This document shows positions 1 to 10,017 of a stretch of DNA of 57,330 nucleotides, piece after piece. The DNA comes from an uncultured Spirochaetales bacterium (GTDB taxonomy: Bacteria > Spirochaetota > Spirochaetia > SPDA01 > CAZSGZ01). The stretch is taken from NCBI GenBank assembly GCA_964641125.1, contig CAZXMO010000007.1, positions 3,902 through 61,231 of the forward strand, written 5' to 3'. The position numbers and the translations under genes were made by a program. The stretch's first letter is position 1. Each line of letters starts with the position of its first letter. The notes under the pieces are model-generated. The model made no database searches. It saw nothing but the letters and a program-made list of their open reading frames with translations, and had not been told where the DNA came from.

Positions 1-1
1 A

Positions 2-310
2 TGGAACTTCGACGACGGGTCCCTCCTCGGTGAGATCACCGGAATCGAGGAAACCCTTTGGTCTCTCGATTTCGATCCGTCCGGGGAATATCTGATACGC
101 CTCTTCGACGCGGAAACAGGAGAACCTTACGCGGTCCTGGACGGACATACCGATTACGGGCGTACTCTCATCTCCGGATCGGATGACGGAACGCTTAGAG
201 TGTGGGACTTGGACACCTATACTCTTCGCCGGATAATTGAGGGACACGAGGGATACGTCCATTCGGTGGAGCCTTCCACGGATAGGATCATCTCGGGAGG
301 AGAAAGGTAA
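2..310 (+). CDS. WD40-repeat protein, C-terminal fragment (5' end lies outside the window)
   Basis: Frame 2 is open from base 2 to the TAA at 308-310. The translation WNFDDGSLLGEITG...GHTDYGRTLISGSDDGTLRVWDL...IEGHEGYVHSV contains typical WD40 GH...WD repeat units. Confidence 0.7.
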   Translation, partial: WNFDDGSLLGEITGIEETLWSLDFDPSGEYLIRLFDAETGEPYAVLDGHTDYGRTLISGSDDGTLRVWDLDTYTLRRIIEGHEGYVHSVEPSTDRIISGGER

Positions 311-317
311 AAGTCTC

Positions 318-1190
318 ATGAAGAATCCAGTTCCCCGGGTCGCCGCCGTTCACGGCTTGGCCGGATACGGCAGGGCTTCCCTCTCCGTAGTAATACCGGT
401 CATCTCTACCATGGGATTTCAAGTCTGTCCCCTCCCCACCGGGATCTTGAGCACCCATGGGGCCTTCGAAGGATACCGTTTCGTGGACATGACCGATTCC
501 CTCCCCGGCTTCATCGATCATTGGAAGGAGCTCCGCCTCGAATTCGACGCGGTCTACAGCGGTTTTTTGGGCTCTCCCGAGCAGATAGAGGTGGTCTCCC
601 GCTTTATCGAGGAGTTCCGCAGGCCGGACCAGCTGGTGGTCATCGATCCGGTTATGGGTGACAACGGCCGATCCTACGGGCTGGTGGCGGATGAGCTCAT
701 CGCCGGGATGCGGGACTACTATCGCTTGGCCGACGTCATCACCCCGAACCTGACCGAGGCGGCTTTCCTCTTGGGTCGTGAGTATCGGGACCATATTACA
801 CAGGGCGATATCAAAAAATGGGTCCTCGAGCTCGCCGAGGCGGGCCCCCGAATGGTCATAGTAACCTCAGTGCCCTTGGAAGGAGTCAAGGCACCCACCG
901 CGGTTGTCGCCTACGACAGGCTCGACGGAAGATTCTGGCGTGTCAACTGCTCCTATATCCCCGCCTACTACCCGGGAACCGGGGATATCTTTACCTCCGT
1001 CGTCACCGGGAGCATCCTCGGCGGTGACAGTCTTCCCATCGCCCTGGAAAGGGCGGTTCAGTTCGTATCCACCGCCATTCGGGCGAGCTTCGGATACAAC
1101 CGGCCGAGCAGGGAAGGGGTCCTCCTCGAAAGGGTGCTGGATAATCTCCGCGCGCCGATAACCGCCGGCAGCTACGAGATTCTCGAATAG
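318..1190 (+). CDS. pdxK: Pyridoxal/pyridoxamine kinase (PdxK/PdxY family, ribokinase-like fold)
   Basis: MKNPVPRVAAVHGLAGYGRASLSVVIPVIS...DPVMGDNG...ITPNLTEAAFLLG matches the PdxY/PdxK architecture. The ATG at 318 follows the stop of the WD40 gene. The track ORF 237..1190 is an artificial 5' extension. Confidence 0.8.
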   Translation: MKNPVPRVAAVHGLAGYGRASLSVVIPVISTMGFQVCPLPTGILSTHGAFEGYRFVDMTDSLPGFIDHWKELRLEFDAVYSGFLGSPEQIEVVSRFIEEFRRPDQLVVIDPVMGDNGRSYGLVADELIAGMRDYYRLADVITPNLTEAAFLLGREYRDHITQGDIKKWVLELAEAGPRMVIVTSVPLEGVKAPTAVVAYDRLDGRFWRVNCSYIPAYYPGTGDIFTSVVTGSILGGDSLPIALERAVQFVSTAIRASFGYNRPSREGVLLERVLDNLRAPITAGSYEILE

Positions 1191-1237
1191 ATCACTTTCT
1201 TGACACTGAGGTGTCCGAAGGCTACTATTCCTAGGCT

Positions 1238-3235
1238 ATGTCCAACCCCCGCTTCACCATGAAGCTCATCCAATATTACGCGGCCAAGAAGAAAGACTCC
1301 GTAATCCCCTTGCCGTCTTTTCTGACCTTCGTCAAGCAGTACGCGGATAAGTATCGGAAAAAGCAGCCCGATCTCGAGCTCTACATTACCAATACTCAGG
1401 CGGTCCTCAACTCCGACTTAGAAGAGCTCGCCTCGGTGGGAAAGATATCCCTGGAGTACGAGGACGTCGATATCGTCATCATTCATTATCCCCTCTACTA
1501 CATCGAACTGATAGAGAAGGAGTACCGGGACATCGAAGAAAGCGCGGAAAAACCCTTCCCGGGAAGCGAGGGGTTCGCAATTACCATCCCCGATTCACTT
1601 CTGACGAGGATCAATGTCAAGGCGGATTTCGTCGATTGGCTCGGCAGGGAGGACCGCCCTGAGAATTTGCTCCTCTGTCTCGATTATCCCGAAGACTTCA
1701 AACACATGTACATCACCTCCCGTCTTTTCTATGAGTCTCTGCTGAAGATCTCCATCGAGAAGATCCGGGTGTACCTCAGGGACCAGAGGAATATGAAGTA
1801 CGTCTTCAACAAGATGTCCGGCATCTTCGGTAAGAGGGAGGTGTTTCTCCAGGACTTCCTCGAGGAGCTCGTCCGCAATCCCGCCAAGGCGGCTGAGGCG
1901 GTGATGAATCCCACCGAGTTCTCTTTCCGGAGCTGGACGACCCTTGCCAACTTGATCTTCCAGGAGTTCAAACCCAAGACCAGCAAGCTCGCCATAGAGG
2001 TCAGCATCTGCCAGGCCGCATATATAATCGGATACTACAATGTCTACTACAAGGGGCTCGCGCGGAAGGAGCAGGAGGTCAAGGACGCCCTCAAGCAGCT
2101 CGATTTCGCCGTCCGAAAGCCTCCCCATGTTTTTACATTGAGCGAGATCTACGAGTTTACCGATTCGAAGGGGGTCCTCTTACGGAAAAAGTTCGGCAGG
2201 GAAAAGCTCAACGAGTATCTGGAAAAGAAGACCCGGACCGAGGATGAGGATAGTTTTCCGGAGATATTTCGTATCCACACCGACGACGGAAAGGAGTATT
2301 ACATTCCCCGTGAGCATATCCTCACGACCTTGACCGGCAGGGTCGATGAAGTCGGAACCGAGTTCGCCCGGACCGTAATCGAGGAGTGGATGGGGGTCTT
2401 GAAGAAGTTCAAGAAGAGTCCGGAGATGAAGCAGGACGATGCTTTCGTCTCGATGGTGGAAAGGCGGTTCAAAGAGCGGGATCCGCTGGCGGTGAAGCTT
2501 CTCTCCTACGAACTTCTCTACCTGCTGAGCCGTGAGGTGGATGTCAACTCCGATCTCCGCAGGGAGATCGAAGGGTATCTCGATACCGAGAAAAAGGCGG
2601 TGAAGAGAGCGGCCGAGATCATGAGGCTCGACCGGAGAACCCTCTTGGACGAGGCCAAGTCGAGGATTCCCGTAACCTATACAACCCCGATACTCAGAGG
2701 TCTTTTTCGCATTCTCCTCCGCCTTGCCGGGGGGCGCAAGAAGAAGTCCTTGCCGGAGGCGAAGAACACAAAGGGGGGAAGCTCAGTCAAGGTGATGGGT
2801 TCCGGTACCGGCTCATCCCGGCCGTCTCATAAGAAGGCCATCGCCTCGATCTCCGAGACCGGAAAGGGGTCCGGAAAGACGGAGACTTCAAAATCCAATC
2901 TGACCGCCTTCCGGAAGCAGGTCAAGCAGCTGGAGGATCACTTTTTGGGGGACGCCGCCTCGGTGGACCGGTCGCTGGAGAGCCTGATCGACAACTGGAA
3001 TCACTTGATCGACGAGAGAGCCCGCCGGCACTTGGTGGAGGACGTCAACTCGGCCATCAATGACTATCTGCGCAGGTTCAAAGGCCAGCTTATCGCCAAT
3101 CCCCCCGGTGTCGACGACGTCCAGAAGATGGCCATTCACCTCTCTCAGCAGCCGATATTCCGGGACATCAGCCGGAAGGATCCCTTCTGGCGGTACATCG
3201 AGCTCTACATCGTGCAGACCCTTCTCAAGACTTAG
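1238..3235 (+). CDS. Hypothetical protein (665 aa) with a K/S/G-rich low-complexity linker
   Basis: Long ORF with balanced composition and coding-like codon bias. I recognise no catalytic motif. An internal GGRKKKSLPEAKNTKGGSSVKVMGSGTGSSRPSHKK linker is present. Confidence 0.6.
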   Translation: MSNPRFTMKLIQYYAAKKKDSVIPLPSFLTFVKQYADKYRKKQPDLELYITNTQAVLNSDLEELASVGKISLEYEDVDIVIIHYPLYYIELIEKEYRDIEESAEKPFPGSEGFAITIPDSLLTRINVKADFVDWLGREDRPENLLLCLDYPEDFKHMYITSRLFYESLLKISIEKIRVYLRDQRNMKYVFNKMSGIFGKREVFLQDFLEELVRNPAKAAEAVMNPTEFSFRSWTTLANLIFQEFKPKTSKLAIEVSICQAAYIIGYYNVYYKGLARKEQEVKDALKQLDFAVRKPPHVFTLSEIYEFTDSKGVLLRKKFGREKLNEYLEKKTRTEDEDSFPEIFRIHTDDGKEYYIPREHILTTLTGRVDEVGTEFARTVIEEWMGVLKKFKKSPEMKQDDAFVSMVERRFKERDPLAVKLLSYELLYLLSREVDVNSDLRREIEGYLDTEKKAVKRAAEIMRLDRRTLLDEAKSRIPVTYTTPILRGLFRILLRLAGGRKKKSLPEAKNTKGGSSVKVMGSGTGSSRPSHKKAIASISETGKGSGKTETSKSNLTAFRKQVKQLEDHFLGDAASVDRSLESLIDNWNHLIDERARRHLVEDVNSAINDYLRRFKGQLIANPPGVDDVQKMAIHLSQQPIFRDISRKDPFWRYIELYIVQTLLKT

Positions 3236-6200
3236 GCGGTGCTTCCTTCCTGCGTTTCAGATAATGCAGGTGGGGTATGAGCTTGGTGTTGGGGCTTCCC
3301 GTTCCGTCGTAGAAGATGTCGATTATGGGAATATCGTAGTCTTCCTGAATCTTGCGGTAGACCGATGCCGTTACCACTCCCGGACAGCAGAATATGGGAT
3401 TGATATGAAGTATTCCGTCGACTCCCCCCTCCTCGACGGCGTACAGCGCCCGGCCGAGGTTGATCGATGTCTCGCCGGGAATGTAGTGTTTGATGCCGTA
3501 CTTCTCGAGGAGCTCCACGCACCGGGTGAAATCCGGTTCCTCCTGCTCCCCTACGAGGTCCCGGGCGAGGGCTTCGTACCGCTTCTCGATGGTTTTCAAG
3601 AGCTTGAAGTGCCGGGGATTATCCGAGAACATCCGGATATCGGCGTCGTAGAAGTGGAAGGGGTACTCGGTCAAGGAGGGGACTACCAGCTCGCCGCCGA
3701 GACGCTTGACCGTCTCCTGAACCCCTTGGTTGACCGTCTCGTTGAACTTGACATAGAGGTCGCCTAGGAGGGCGAGCCGGGGCTTGCGTCCCCCGGTTTC
3801 GTCCCGCTCGACGGACCTAAACTCCTCGACGATCTCGGTCAGCTCCTTCTTGAGATCGGTCCCTTCTATGATGGCCCGGTTGACCCGTTCCTTCGCCTTT
3901 TCCAGGAGTGCTTCGGCCGCCCCTGGTTCGGTTTCGTAGGGACTGATCCGGTAGTAGAGTTTGTAGAGAATTCCGCCCACGATGTTTGCTTCGAGCATCC
4001 GGATCGCGAGACTCTGGGGGAGGATGTCCCCGGGGGACATATTGTTGATGAGCCCGATCTTGATATCCCCGAACCCCGCGTTGGTGAAGGCGAGATCGGA
4101 GAGGACCGGAAATTGGGGGAAGTTACAAGCCATACACACCGTGGGCATGTAGAAGAAGCACCCCGCCGGATCGAGATTCCGGCCGCGGACCGCCTCGATG
4201 ACGCTTCCGATGAGACTGACCAGGGGCATGCACTCCCCGCCCGAAACGTACTGGTAGCCGGTATTCAGTGCCGCGTCGTCGGGGTCCAGGAGGATCGTCC
4301 GGTATCCCGCCTTCTCGAAACAGCTCGCCCAGAAGCTGCTGATCAGGTGGTCCAGGTAGGGGAGGAGGACCGTATCGGTGGTCGTAAGCTCGTCGTTTCT
4401 CGCCTTTGTAGTCTCGACCCCGCCGGGGAGGCGGCCGCGCTCGAGATGGGTGCGGAAGCTGTGCAGGGCCGCCTCGATCCTGGTTCCGTATCCGACGTCG
4501 GAGCTGTGTTCGTCGAGCTGGAGGACCAGGAAGGGCTTGCCGTATTCGGCCATGATATCCTTGATGTAGCTGAGGAGGAAGCTGTCGGGGCTGCACCGGA
4601 AACAGGTGAGATACACCGGAAAGAGGTTCCGCTTCGAAGCCGCGTACTCCGCGGTTTCGAGCACCCGTTTTCCGTAGTGCCAGTGCATCCGTTCGAGATA
4701 TTTCGCCGAGTAGGCCGGCTCGAATCCCTCGGTATCGATCTCGTCCTGCCAGAAGACGCGGGCTCCGTAGTCTTCGAGCTTCTTCGGTATCCCGAGATTT
4801 ATTGAGGGATCGAGGGCGATGTAGGGGCGCCCTAAGAGGACTATCTGAATATCGTCATCCGCGTCCGGATCGAGCCCGCTTCGCCGGTATCCCCCGCTTA
4901 ACCGTTCCATGGACCTCCGGTAGGCGTCCAGGGCGTCCAAGAAGGCCGCTCCCACCGCTTCCTCGGTCAAGGCGGGAAAGGCGGCGGAGAGGGAGGCGTG
5001 GAGCGCCCCGACGACCGCCTCGTCGTCCATGGAGTTGAAGCTCACTAAGGGACTTATGAGGCGGCCGGTCAGGTCGAGGGAGGTCAGGGTATCGACGATC
5101 ACCGGAAGGTACTGAGAATAGTAGCAGAAGTAGCTGTCCTCGGTTTTCTTCTTGAAGCGGTGCTCCGTCTGAGAATCGTTCGACTCGTTCTCGACCGCCG
5201 GGGCAAAGATATAGTCGACCCCCGACTCGAGGATCTCTTTCATCTGGCCGTGAGCCGCGATCATGGGGGCGCAGAAATCACTGTTGACTATCCCCTTGCC
5301 CTCGGCGATGGGGTCTTTCGGCTCGTGGAGGAGGACCGGGAACCCGAGATTCTTCAGAAATCGGCTCCACAGCACTCCATAGGTCCGGTTGTACAGAGTC
5401 CGGGGAATTCCGATAACCGGCCGTTCCCGTGTGTCGGAGGCGTCGGGAGCCGTCCTCTCCATGGCTTCTTCGAATCTGCGGATGACGCCTGTCGGCGTCC
5501 GGGTAACCGGATGCCGATCGGCATAATCCTGCCCGCATTTCATTCCCCACCCGGTTTTCGACCCGTTACGGGAGAACACGGTCAGGAGGCAGCGGTTCGC
5601 GCACTTGGTGCAGATCTCTTCTTCGATTCCGTCGAGCTCGACGGAGAGGACAACGTTCGATTGCTCGAACCCCTGTTCCTGGGCGAGGAGGGCCGCCCCC
5701 AACGCGCCGGTCAGATGACAGTAGGGGGAAACGTAGACCGGCTTCTCGAGCAGGTGTTCGAAGGCGGCGACCAAGGCCTTGTTCCGGGCGGTGGCCCCCT
5801 GAAAGACGATCCGGTTGCCGAGGGGCGAGCGGTTTACCACCTTGGCAATATAATTGTCTCTGACCGAGTTGAGGACCGCCGCCGCAAGACTTTTCTTGTC
5901 CCATCCCTCTCCGACGAGACCGCTCAAGTCCCGCTCCATGTAGACGGTACATCTGTCGCTGGTGTAGGGACCGGAAGCGCCTAAGGCCAGACCGGAAAAA
6001 TCATCGAGGGGTACCCCGAGGCGTTTTGCCTGTTCTTCGATGAAGCTTCCCGTTCCCGCGGCGCAGACGTAGTTCATGGTGGAAAAGTAGACCTCACCGT
6101 CCTGGATCCGGGTGAATTTGGAGTCCTGACCGCCTATTTCGATAATGGTATCCGCCTCGGGATCGAGGAAGACCGCGGCCTTGGCGTGGGCGGTGATTTC

Positions 6201-7367
6201 ATTGATATCGAAATCGGCACCGAAGATTTCTTTGATGAGCCGCCTTCCCGATCCCGTGGTTCCGGTTCCGAGGATCGGAACGGTATCCAGATCGAAGATG
6301 TCCCTCCCCAGGCGGAGAACGGCGGCGACCGCCTCGATGGGGGCCCCCCGGGTCTGGGTATAGAGGCCTCCGGCGATTTCCCTGTTCCGGGTCATGAAAA
6401 GTGCTTTTGTGCTGGTAGAACCGATATCGATGCCGATATATACGCCTCCGGTCAGGTCGGGGATTGCCTTCGGCGTCATTACCTCGATTCCGTTACGAAT
6501 TTCGATAGTGAAATCCGCGAGGTCGGGGTACGCGGAAAGCTCGAGACGGAGGGGTTCGCGGGTTTTCCGGGCCGATGATTTTGCTTTGAGGATGCCGGAA
6601 ATATCGAGGCTCTCCCCGGTTCCGAGGAGGGCGGCCCCCACCGCTCCCGCCGACTCGGCGTGTTCGGGCACGACCACGGGAATGCCCAAGACCGCCTCCA
6701 GGGAGGCACGGATCTTCTCGTTCCGGGAGACACCCCCGACCAGACCCGCGGGGGCGGAGAGTTCACGCCCCTTGACCAGGGTTTCGGAAATGCTTCTCGC
6801 GATTCCTTCACACAGCCCGGCCGCCACGGCCTCGCGGGAGTGCCCTTCCTGCATGGCATGGATGATGTCGGTCTTCGCGAACACCGCGCATCGGGTGGCG
6901 ATGGAAGGGGTCTTCCCTCTGTATAACTCGGCCATTCGTGCCAGATCCGCCACATCCACACCGAGGCGGCCGGCCTGCTGTTCGATAAAGCTCCCCGTCC
7001 CGGAGGCGCAGGGAGGGTTCTGGGTATGTTCCCGGTACTCTCCGCTCTCGTCGAAGAGAATGAGGGAGAAGTTTTCTCCACCCACCGAAAAAACGTTTTT
7101 GGATTCGGGCAGCAGGAACTTGATACCCTCCGCCGCGGCGAGGATGGGATCGATCAGGACGTCCGCATCGATACCGGCGGTTCCGGTCAACCCCGCGGTT
7201 TCATACTCTTCGAACCTGGGGTCCGATAAAAATGATTCCGCCGTTTCGAGGATCGCCCCGTTATGCTCACGATAGTCACATGCGGCGACCCTCCGACCGC
7301 CCGGTCCGAACTCTACGAGGGCTATGCTCATATACTGGGATCCGATATCGATACCGAGTTTTCTCAT
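3225..7367 (-). CDS. CoA-substrate-specific enzyme activase fusion: two BadF/BadG/BcrA/BcrD (HgdC-like) ATPase domains plus C-terminal 2-hydroxyacyl-CoA-dehydratase-like (DUF2229-type) domains
   Basis: There are two ASKHA-type phosphate-1 motifs (MRKLGIDIGSQYMSIAL and GIDIGSTSTKALFM) and a GAAG motif (AESAGAVGAAL). The total length of about 1380 aa is typical of this fusion family in anaerobes. Confidence 0.8.
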   Translation of the reverse strand: MRKLGIDIGSQYMSIALVEFGPGGRRVAACDYREHNGAILETAESFLSDPRFEEYETAGLTGTAGIDADVLIDPILAAAEGIKFLLPESKNVFSVGGENFSLILFDESGEYREHTQNPPCASGTGSFIEQQAGRLGVDVADLARMAELYRGKTPSIATRCAVFAKTDIIHAMQEGHSREAVAAGLCEGIARSISETLVKGRELSAPAGLVGGVSRNEKIRASLEAVLGIPVVVPEHAESAGAVGAALLGTGESLDISGILKAKSSARKTREPLRLELSAYPDLADFTIEIRNGIEVMTPKAIPDLTGGVYIGIDIGSTSTKALFMTRNREIAGGLYTQTRGAPIEAVAAVLRLGRDIFDLDTVPILGTGTTGSGRRLIKEIFGADFDINEITAHAKAAVFLDPEADTIIEIGGQDSKFTRIQDGEVYFSTMNYVCAAGTGSFIEEQAKRLGVPLDDFSGLALGASGPYTSDRCTVYMERDLSGLVGEGWDKKSLAAAVLNSVRDNYIAKVVNRSPLGNRIVFQGATARNKALVAAFEHLLEKPVYVSPYCHLTGALGAALLAQEQGFEQSNVVLSVELDGIEEEICTKCANRCLLTVFSRNGSKTGWGMKCGQDYADRHPVTRTPTGVIRRFEEAMERTAPDASDTRERPVIGIPRTLYNRTYGVLWSRFLKNLGFPVLLHEPKDPIAEGKGIVNSDFCAPMIAAHGQMKEILESGVDYIFAPAVENESNDSQTEHRFKKKTEDSYFCYYSQYLPVIVDTLTSLDLTGRLISPLVSFNSMDDEAVVGALHASLSAAFPALTEEAVGAAFLDALDAYRRSMERLSGGYRRSGLDPDADDDIQIVLLGRPYIALDPSINLGIPKKLEDYGARVFWQDEIDTEGFEPAYSAKYLERMHWHYGKRVLETAEYAASKRNLFPVYLTCFRCSPDSFLLSYIKDIMAEYGKPFLVLQLDEHSSDVGYGTRIEAALHSFRTHLERGRLPGGVETTKARNDELTTTDTVLLPYLDHLISSFWASCFEKAGYRTILLDPDDAALNTGYQYVSGGECMPLVSLIGSVIEAVRGRNLDPAGCFFYMPTVCMACNFPQFPVLSDLAFTNAGFGDIKIGLINNMSPGDILPQSLAIRMLEANIVGGILYKLYYRISPYETEPGAAEALLEKAKERVNRAIIEGTDLKKELTEIVEEFRSVERDETGGRKPRLALLGDLYVKFNETVNQGVQETVKRLGGELVVPSLTEYPFHFYDADIRMFSDNPRHFKLLKTIEKRYEALARDLVGEQEEPDFTRCVELLEKYGIKHYIPGETSINLGRALYAVEEGGVDGILHINPIFCCPGVVTASVYRKIQEDYDIPIIDIFYDGTGSPNTKLIPHLHYLKRRKEAPPKS

Positions 7368-7438
7368 GATTCCCCTTCCTTTCTTGTTTCCTCGCGGGTA
7401 TTATACACGATGATCCGAGAATAGGAAGGACGGATAGT

Positions 7439-9523
7439 TTGGAAAAGCTATTACCTATAAGCTGTAACCGGGACTGCGGGGCGGGGTGCCCCTTGGCCGC
7501 GGAAGTCCGGGACGGGCGAATAACGGCGATTCGGGACAATCCCCTGAGACCGCCCTCGATGCGGGGGTGCCTCCGGGGATACAAAGCTCATCATCTCGTT
7601 ACCTCCCCGGGGCGTCTCACGAAACCCTTGATCCGTACCGGCGAACGGGGGAGCGGCCGATTCAAGGAGGCCGGTTGGGACGAGGCCCTCGATCTGGTTG
7701 CGGAGCGGCTCGGGAATATTATCGAAACATCCGGAAGCGGCGCAATCCTCCATTTAGGGGGATCGGGCTCCTGCCGGGGGGCGGTTCATCATACCGGCAG
7801 GCTGTCCGCCCGCTTTTTCAATGTGTTAGGAGGTTATTCCGGGACCGACGGGAACTACAGCTCCCGGGCTATGACCTATACCCTGCCGTTCATCTTCGGT
7901 ACCGGCGATGCCGGACAGGACGCGGGTACTCTTAGACGGAGCCGGTTTATCCTCCTGTGGGGGGCGAATATCAGCGATACCCGCTTCGGGTGCGAGTTAG
8001 AAGGAGTGGTCCGGGAGAACCGGAAGCGCGGAGTGCCCGTGGTGGTAGTCGATCCGAGGCGCTCGAGGACTGTAGAGAAGCTTGCCACCGAATGGATAGC
8101 TCCTTTTCCGGGGACCGACTCGGCCCTCATGGCGGCCGTTCTCAGTGTGATTCTCAATGAGAATTTAGCCGACAAGAATTTCATCGCCCGGACCTGTTTC
8201 GGCTTCGACCGGCTCGAGGAGTATCTTGCGGGGGGCTTGGACGGTGTCCTCAGAGATCCCGAGTGGGCCGAGCCGATTACCGGGGTCCCCGCCGGGACCA
8301 TCGCGGACCTTGCACGCAGGTACGCCGCCGCCCGCCCGGCCGCCCTTGTACCGGGACTCTCCATCCAGCGGGTCTTAGGGGGTGAGGAGGCGGTCCGTTT
8401 CGGGACCGCCCTTCAGGCGGCCACGGGCAACATCGGCGTGACCGGAGGCAGCTCCGGGGGGCGGGGATGGGGAGGTCTCGCCGGGCCTCGATGCGGGAAG
8501 ATCGATACCTTAGACGGGCCGAATACGGTTCGATTCCCGGTGTACCAGTGGCCCGATGTGGTCCTGGGAAGTTTCCCGCGAAGCGCTCCCGGGCCCGGTG
8601 TTCCCATCCGGGCCCTCTACTCGGTAGGAGGAAACTACCTCGTTCAGGGAAGCGACATTGGTAAGAACAAGCGCGCCTTTTCCCATGTCGATTTTACCGT
8701 ATGTCACGACCTCTTTCTGACCGACACCGCGGCCTATGCCGATGTAGTCCTTCCCGCGACGAGCTTCCTCGAGCGGGAGGACATTGTCTTTCCCGACGGA
8801 AACTATCTCTTCTATTCCCGCCGGTGCGTCGATCCGGTGGGAGAGTCCCGCCGCGACTACGATATCTTCGCCGATCTTGCCGCACGCGTGGGACGGGGAA
8901 GGGATTTCACCGGCGGACGGAGCTGTGAAGAGTGGCTGGAGACGATCCTCCGCGATTCCGAGATCGAGAGCATCGAAACCTTTCGCGACACTGGAATCTA
9001 TGACGGAAAAGACCATATGCGCACCGCCTTTGCCGATTTCGTAAAGGATCCTAAGAAAAATCCCCTTCCGACTCCCTCCGGGAAGATCGAGATCTATTCC
9101 GAGGCCTTCGCCGGTACCGGTTTTTCCCCCACACCTGAGGTACGGGTGCCCGGGGAGCCGACACCCGCGGAGGTGTACCCCCTGCGCCTCATAACTCCCC
9201 ATGCCCGCTGCCGGGTAAACTCCCAGAACTTCAATCAAGAATGGTCCCGGAGCAGGGAAGAGCAGCGTCTGTGGCTGCACCCCGACGATGCCCGGGACAG
9301 GAGCATAGAGGACGGAGCCGAAGTCGAGGTAAAGAACCGGTCCGGATCACTTATCTGTCCGGTGAGGGTCACCGATGCTGTCCGCCCGGGGGTGGTCAGT
9401 CTTCTCCAAGGGGGGTGGGGCGAGCTCAGTCCCAATCATCTGACCTCGACGAAGCCGACACTGCCGAGCTCGGGTTCCCGGACTCACTCGGTACGGGTCC
9501 AAGTTTCGAAAAAAGTTAATTGA
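7439..9523 (+). CDS. Molybdopterin (bis-MGD) oxidoreductase, DMSO-reductase superfamily, cytoplasmic (no Tat signal)
   Basis: The N-terminal Cys cluster CNRDCGAGCPL...C (C-x3-C-x3-C-x26-C) is followed by the MopB fold and a C-terminal molybdopterin dinucleotide-binding region. The start is TTG at 7439, preceded by GGAAGGA. No in-frame ATG lies upstream. Confidence 0.8.
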   Translation: MEKLLPISCNRDCGAGCPLAAEVRDGRITAIRDNPLRPPSMRGCLRGYKAHHLVTSPGRLTKPLIRTGERGSGRFKEAGWDEALDLVAERLGNIIETSGSGAILHLGGSGSCRGAVHHTGRLSARFFNVLGGYSGTDGNYSSRAMTYTLPFIFGTGDAGQDAGTLRRSRFILLWGANISDTRFGCELEGVVRENRKRGVPVVVVDPRRSRTVEKLATEWIAPFPGTDSALMAAVLSVILNENLADKNFIARTCFGFDRLEEYLAGGLDGVLRDPEWAEPITGVPAGTIADLARRYAAARPAALVPGLSIQRVLGGEEAVRFGTALQAATGNIGVTGGSSGGRGWGGLAGPRCGKIDTLDGPNTVRFPVYQWPDVVLGSFPRSAPGPGVPIRALYSVGGNYLVQGSDIGKNKRAFSHVDFTVCHDLFLTDTAAYADVVLPATSFLEREDIVFPDGNYLFYSRRCVDPVGESRRDYDIFADLAARVGRGRDFTGGRSCEEWLETILRDSEIESIETFRDTGIYDGKDHMRTAFADFVKDPKKNPLPTPSGKIEIYSEAFAGTGFSPTPEVRVPGEPTPAEVYPLRLITPHARCRVNSQNFNQEWSRSREEQRLWLHPDDARDRSIEDGAEVEVKNRSGSLICPVRVTDAVRPGVVSLLQGGWGELSPNHLTSTKPTLPSSGSRTHSVRVQVSKKVN

Positions 9524-9559
9524 AATCGGAGTGGATACGCAGTATGGTGAAACCGTACG

Positions 9560-10006
9560 ATGAATCAAGTCCGCGTCGGTTTCTTCATCCCGGTCCTACT
9601 CTTCGTTCTCATCTCGCTGTCGGTAATCGGGGTCTTCGTGTACAATTGGGTTTTCGTACTTTCGGAGCACACCCGGATTACCGGTGTGCTCGTCGCGGAA
9701 CCCGCGGAGGCGCGCGTAGGGGAACCGGTAGTCCTCGAGATCAGCTTCCCCGAGCAGTATGGGAGGGTCTACCGCCTCAACTGGTACTCCAAGCCCGAGG
9801 GACCCTCCCGAATCAGCTTTCAACAAGTTACTTTCTCGGATCGAAGCTTCGACTCCGAGGGACGGGTCGTTTACCCGACATACGACAGAAAGGCCCGGTT
9901 TACCGCCGAGCGGGCCGGGACCTACCGGATCTACGTGGAGGGATTTTACAAACAAAACAATCCCCAGAGAATCGCCCGGATCAAGGTCCGGATACTCGAG
10001 CCCTAG
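9560..10006 (+). CDS. Small membrane-anchored hypothetical protein (148 aa)
   Basis: An N-terminal TM helix (FFIPVLLFVLISLSVIGVFVY) is followed by a beta-rich soluble domain. The overlapping alternative frame 9520..10017 is Arg/Gly/Pro-rich and looks like an artefact. Confidence 0.55.
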   Translation: MNQVRVGFFIPVLLFVLISLSVIGVFVYNWVFVLSEHTRITGVLVAEPAEARVGEPVVLEISFPEQYGRVYRLNWYSKPEGPSRISFQQVTFSDRSFDSEGRVVYPTYDRKARFTAERAGTYRIYVEGFYKQNNPQRIARIKVRILEP

Positions 10007-10017
10007 GTGAAATATAA

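Noticed and set aside
237-317. N-terminal extensions proposed by the ORF track (237, 24522, 26627, 43359, 46950, 51428, 32175, 35357, 49925, 12992, 18125)
   Set aside because: The extensions overlap the upstream gene or lack an RBS. Internal starts coincide with RBS motifs, stop-start overlaps or the conserved family N-termini.
4113-7275. Several long plus-strand ORFs (4113..4805, 5160..5984, 6394..7275 and others) inside the 1380-aa minus-strand gene
   Set aside because: They are antisense to a strongly supported CDS. Their translations are Arg/Gly/Pro/Ala-rich with no motifs. This is the typical spurious open frame in GC-rich DNA.
9520-10017. Alternative 165-aa frame overlapping the 9560..10006 gene
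   Set aside because: The translation is R/G/P-rich (RRGTRGGARRGTGSPRD). The competing frame encodes a clean TM helix plus a balanced soluble domain.
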